Assembly (NCBI GenBank): GCA_016839705.1
Contig: JAEOTR010000057.1
Location: 62,601-126,600 of the forward strand
Source of the DNA: Promethearchaeota archaeon
GTDB taxonomy: Archaea; Asgardarchaeota; Lokiarchaeia; Sigyniarchaeales; SOKP01
Length of the DNA: 64,000 bases
Direction of reading: 5' to 3'
Positions 60,276 through 64,000 of this stretch are shown one piece after another. Position 1 is the stretch's first letter; every line of letters starts with the position of its first letter. A program made the translations under genes and the position numbers. The notes under the pieces were generated by a model. It was not told the DNA's origin. It did not search any database and saw nothing but the letters and a program-made list of their open reading frames with translations.

Positions 60276-61064
60276 TCAGTTTTTCCATTCAAATCCGCAA
60301 ATTCCACAGTACTTCTTTTTTCCATAAATGCGTGGATAATCCAGTATGATTTGGGTTTTATCAGTAACTTCATGAATGGATGTTAGATCTCCACAGCTAG
60401 GGCATTTCCTGCGACCAGCGGAATTCTTAGATACTAATGTAGTACTACTATAACTATCCGACAGAGATTTTATTTCACCTCTCTCCATAAAAGATTCTCC
60501 AATTTCTGAGAAATTATCCTTCTTAATTGGCATTTCGGTCATTTCTCGGAGATATTCCTCATTTCTCATTAATATATAGCCCTTTACAATAGAATCAACT
60601 TCTTGATTTATTGGGAGTCTATTATATTTTGCTTGAAAGTTATCAAGAAAGTTGTAAGCGTCATTATTATTTATTGAATAACCTTTAAGCTTAATTAATT
60701 CAATGATATTATTAATAATTTCACCCTTCGAAGGAATATTGTCCTTTTTTTCTTCATGTTTCACCGTAATTTTTAAATCTTTTTTTAATTCTTGCCAAAT
60801 ATTCTCAACTTGTTCATCACTTAATTGCCCTTTTACTTGGATATAAACCTTCTTCTCTGGTTCTTGAAGAATAGTAATTCTATTACTTTTTTGTTTCTCT
60901 TGATCCATCTTTTCATCAAAATAATTAATTCGGAGTAATGATTCTCCGAGCTTAATAGAGTCGGTTGAAAATTTCAATTTATTTTGTAGAATATTCTCTA
61001 TTTGTATTTGGATTCCAGTACACTCCTTTCCGTTCATGTCAAATGATTGAATTCTCTCAAACAT
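60276..61064 (-). CDS. Hypothetical protein with C-terminal zinc ribbon
   Basis: RRKCPSCG...YGKKKYCGICGFEW. Confidence 0.75.
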   Translation of the reverse strand: MFERIQSFDMNGKECTGIQIQIENILQNKLKFSTDSIKLGESLLRINYFDEKMDQEKQKSNRITILQEPEKKVYIQVKGQLSDEQVENIWQELKKDLKITVKHEEKKDNIPSKGEIINNIIELIKLKGYSINNNDAYNFLDNFQAKYNRLPINQEVDSIVKGYILMRNEEYLREMTEMPIKKDNFSEIGESFMERGEIKSLSDSYSSTTLVSKNSAGRRKCPSCGDLTSIHEVTDKTQIILDYPRIYGKKKYCGICGFEWKN

Positions 61065-61318
61065 TTAAAAGATCTTAACCCTATACCAGTTTTATTCTAA
61101 GATATATTGAATTATTAAAATCAAGAATCTATTCTTTAAGATTTTAATGCAAAATTTCTAGAATATTTCTAAAAATTATTTAAAATATTATGAGAAAAAC
61201 TGAATAAGATCCTAAATTTCACTGATCTTTCATCTTTTTTTCACAGATCTCATACCTAAATACAAAATTTAAATTACTCATTTGATTTAATAGTTCATAA
61301 GACATTAAGGATAAAACT

Positions 61319-61993
61319 ATGGAAAGAAGAAAGATTAAGGCTCCAATAAGACAAGAAAAACAACCATCACTCAAGAGAAAAATCATCGTAACAGTAATTG
61401 TACTTGGAGTTGCTTTTTCTGGAGCCTTTTTAATCTATTTTATAATGCAAGTGGTGCTGAATACCAACGCTCCAATGGTTGTGGTTGTTTCAGGATCAAT
61501 GGAACCTAATTTACATAAAGGTGATTTGTTATTTCTAAGAGGAGTCAATCCCGAAACGATAAAAAATGGCACAATTGAAGGAAAGGAAGGTGACATTATT
61601 GTTTTTGATGCGAGTGATTTATGGTTTCATGCCCCTGCGGATCCTATAGTTCATAGAGTTATTGATAAAAAGTATGACAATGGATGGTTATTTTTGACTA
61701 AGGGTGATGCAAATCCAAGTCCTGATACCGCGTGGGTTCCAGAAACGTTTATTTTCGGAGTTGTTGTGGGTAGAATTCCCTATATTGGTTGGGTAAAAAT
61801 TATCCTTACTGATTCTGGCTTACTAATCCCCTTATTAGTTATTGTTTCAATTTTACTTGTTATTAGTATAATATGGGACATAGTTAAGAAAGACGAAGAT
61901 AATTCTAAGGAAGACGGTAAAAAGAGAATTTATAATGAGAAGAAAATAAAAGAGGAAATCGAAATAGATTTTACGAAAACTGAGAAACACTAA
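61319..61993 (+). CDS. sec11: Signal peptidase I (Sec11, archaeal/ER type)
   Basis: VVSGSMEP, GDIIVF, IVHRV, TKGDAN, IPYIGW. Confidence 0.93.
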   Translation: MERRKIKAPIRQEKQPSLKRKIIVTVIVLGVAFSGAFLIYFIMQVVLNTNAPMVVVVSGSMEPNLHKGDLLFLRGVNPETIKNGTIEGKEGDIIVFDASDLWFHAPADPIVHRVIDKKYDNGWLFLTKGDANPSPDTAWVPETFIFGVVVGRIPYIGWVKIILTDSGLLIPLLVIVSILLVISIIWDIVKKDEDNSKEDGKKRIYNEKKIKEEIEIDFTKTEKH

Positions 61994-62089
61994 TTATAGC
62001 TAAAAACTTACATCTCATTAGTCAAAGTTTATAAAACCCAAAAACCAATAATATCATACTGAAACAAATGGTATAAATAAATAAGATTA

Positions 62090-62323
62090 TTGGTGAAAAA
62101 AATGGGATGGACACCCCCTAGCAAAGGAATGGTAATTGTAACATTTTTTACAATGATAATTGGAATTTTTATCCTACTTGATAGTGCGGGGATTTGGCCC
62201 AGTCTATTAGCGAGCATACCATTAACCATTGGAACATTTGATGGATGGTTGATTATCGCAGTAATTCTGGTCTTTCTCACTTGGTTTCTCTTCTTCCTTG
62301 CAGTAAAGATGAAAGGTATATAA
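62090..62323 (+). CDS. Small 2-TM membrane protein
   Basis: Two hydrophobic helices; ATG at 62102 is an alternative start. Confidence 0.65.
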   Translation: MVKKMGWTPPSKGMVIVTFFTMIIGIFILLDSAGIWPSLLASIPLTIGTFDGWLIIAVILVFLTWFLFFLAVKMKGI

Positions 62324-62601
62324 AATTTTATCCTTAAAAATTTTTTTTAAATAGAAATTTAACCTGACACTCAATAAAGATAATCAAAATATTAGAAGAA
62401 AACTAAAATTAATACCTTATTTATTCAAATTCTTTATTAGCCAGACAATAAAATTTAAAAAATGTCCAAAATTTCAAAAGAGTATAATTACCGTAATTTA
62501 AAATCAAATTACGAGAAAACTTTAATACGTAATACGTAAACGCAAAAAAACAAACAAAAAAGATACATTATAGATAATTAAAATCAAAAGAGGAAAATAA
62601 A

Positions 62602-62880
62602 ATGGCTAAAGAAGAAAATGCAGTCTTTGTTGGTCGTCGCCCTACAATGAACTATGTGATGGCCACTATGATGATCCTTAACAAGGGTGAAGAATGTACA
62701 GTGAAAGCCCGAGGTAGAGCTATTTCTCACGCTGTTGATGTGTGTGAAATCCTAAGAAATAGATTCTTAAAAGGCACTGAATATAAGGACATCAAACTTA
62801 GCACAGAACAATTAGAAGGAGAAAATGGACAAAACAACAATGTTTCTAGTATTGAAATTGTACTAGCACCACCAAAATAA
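62602..62880 (+). CDS. albA: Alba DNA/RNA-binding protein
   Basis: [33 protein letters not shown]; AGAGG SD upstream. Confidence 0.95.
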   Translation: MAKEENAVFVGRRPTMNYVMATMMILNKGEECTVKARGRAISHAVDVCEILRNRFLKGTEYKDIKLSTEQLEGENGQNNNVSSIEIVLAPPK

Positions 62881-63305
62881 GCTGAATTACCTTTTCTCTA
62901 TGATTTACATCCGAACAATCAATTTACATTTTTTTTTATTATTTTTCTAAACTTTCCATATTTAAATTATACTCCTACTAAATTTTCTATTTTTTAATAT
63001 TGATTTCATAGATTTAATTAAATATCTCCTTAAGATTATGGAGATTTATTGAGATCATTTATACTGCTTTGCAAACTTTAACGTAATTTTACTTTTGATG
63101 AAGATAATTTTAGATTTAAAACCTTTAAATCTTCACTAAAATTTGTGAGAAAAAATAGAAATTAAAAAAATCTAGGTTTAATAGCAAAGATTTAATAATA
63201 CAGTTGAAAAATAAATACTTAACAAACTGTAATTTATTCAATTCTATTTTAAACTGTAGTTTAAATAAAATTTTAAAAAACATCTAAAAAAGAGGATGAT
63301 ATAAA

Positions 63306-63506
63306 ATGGCAAAAAAAGTCGGGAAGGTTGAGCCACTCTTCGTAAAATCAAAGGTACGAGAATATATTAAAGGAAAAGAATGTAATACAAGCTCAGCAGT
63401 ATTAGATGGTGAGGCTTTAAACGGAATCATCATGGGTATGCTTGATAAGGCAGTTGGCCGAGCTCAAGGAAATAATCGAAAAACTGTAAAAGCACGCGAT
63501 CTGTAA
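63306..63506 (+). CDS. Short histone-fold protein (non-nucleosomal, face-to-face/bacterial-like type)
   Basis: LFVKSKVREYIK...NTSS...AVGRAQGNNRKTVKARDL: RKT..D clamp and a truncated alpha3 helix; AGAGG SD. Confidence 0.85.
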   Translation: MAKKVGKVEPLFVKSKVREYIKGKECNTSSAVLDGEALNGIIMGMLDKAVGRAQGNNRKTVKARDL

Positions 63507-63522
63507 ATTAATTTTTCAACCA

Positions 63523-63540
63523 CTTTTTTTTTCTTCTTCT
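63523..63540 (+). terminator. Oligo-T archaeal terminator after the histone gene
   Basis: T9 tract followed by CTTCTTCT, starting 17 bp after the stop codon. Confidence 0.5.
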
Positions 63541-63600
63541 AATTTAAAATTAGATTCTTTATATTTCAAAAAGAAATACCTAATGCTTGATCATTTTCGA

Positions 63601-63840
63601 TCAAAAATTTGAATCTAATAAAACAATAAGTGTTAGCGTGTGAATCCGCTTACGTTCTAATTTTTTATCATATTTACGAGCCACAGTCTCTAGGATGGGA
63701 GCCGCATACTCTGGATCATGAACTCAGTTTGTACAATGGTGTGGGAAGTCACGCTCGGCAAGAAGTTATGCAGTTATCCCAATAGGAATTTAAGGTGTCT
63801 TGGTGGTAAATGCTATAAAATTTAAGTATTAATTAGGATG
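63601..63840 (-). pseudogene. Degraded coding remnant of unknown family
   Basis: One minus-strand frame reads ...IPIGITA*LLAERDFPHHCTN*VHDPEYAAPILETVARKYDKKLE... with scattered stops; GC is higher than flanking intergenic DNA. Confidence 0.35.
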
Positions 63841-63892
63841 GATATTTGGAGTTAAATAACAGAATTTTTCTTTTTTTTGGGTAGTTACAAAA

Positions 63893-64000
63893 TTAAGTGA
63901 TTGCGTTTAAATCTTTTGATGAGTCCCGTACATTGCTAAGTGTGAAATAATCATCCCATATCTCTTGGTACTTTCCGAACCATTCATCAAGCTTCTTAAA
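63893..64000 (-). CDS. C-terminal end of a gene entering from the right edge (possibly an ArsR-type regulator)
   Basis: FKKLDEWFGKYQEIWDDYFTLSNVRDSSKDLNAIT*, resembling the C-terminal helix of ArsR-family regulators. Confidence 0.5.
   Translation of the reverse strand, partial: FKKLDEWFGKYQEIWDDYFTLSNVRDSSKDLNAIT

Noticed and set aside
63630-63830. GC-richer stretch as an ncRNA (tRNA, SRP, RNase P)
   Set aside because: No cloverleaf, T-loop or long stems found; it reads better as a decayed minus-strand coding frame.

Overview
AT-rich (roughly 30% GC by eye), gene-dense archaeal DNA. Alba, a histone, a Sec11 signal peptidase, an LRR protein, archaeal BRE/TATA promoters and expanded acyl-CoA ligases point to a Lokiarchaeia/Promethearchaeota (Asgard) genome; this is inference. 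The window is mostly anaerobic acyl-CoA and cobalamin metabolism: iorAB, a Bcd-EtfAB complex with ferredoxin-fused EtfA, a divergent B12 acyl-CoA mutase with MeaB, CobA, a corrinoid protein with a RACE activator, a CoA-transferase pair, three tandem FadD paralogues, a sulfatase, MaoC, thiolase/DUF35 and two GH3 enzymes. It also holds a SWIM/SNF2 pair, a gene-decay patch with a DUF433/DUF5615 toxin-antitoxin module, and Alba plus a histone. Best leads: (1) three envelope genes share a ~50-bp operator-BRE-TATA promoter next to a membrane-anchored double-wHTH regulator, a candidate membrane-tethered regulon; (2) an AbrB-like domain fused to an acyl-CoA ligase lacking its catalytic Lys; (3) a mutase with a rewired active site; (4) a CoA-transferase lacking the canonical beta-subunit Glu; (5) a DUF2284-corrinoid-RACE operon behind nested inverted repeats. 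I saw no rRNA, tRNA, CRISPR array or intact transposase. All family calls come from motif recognition by eye, not database searches.
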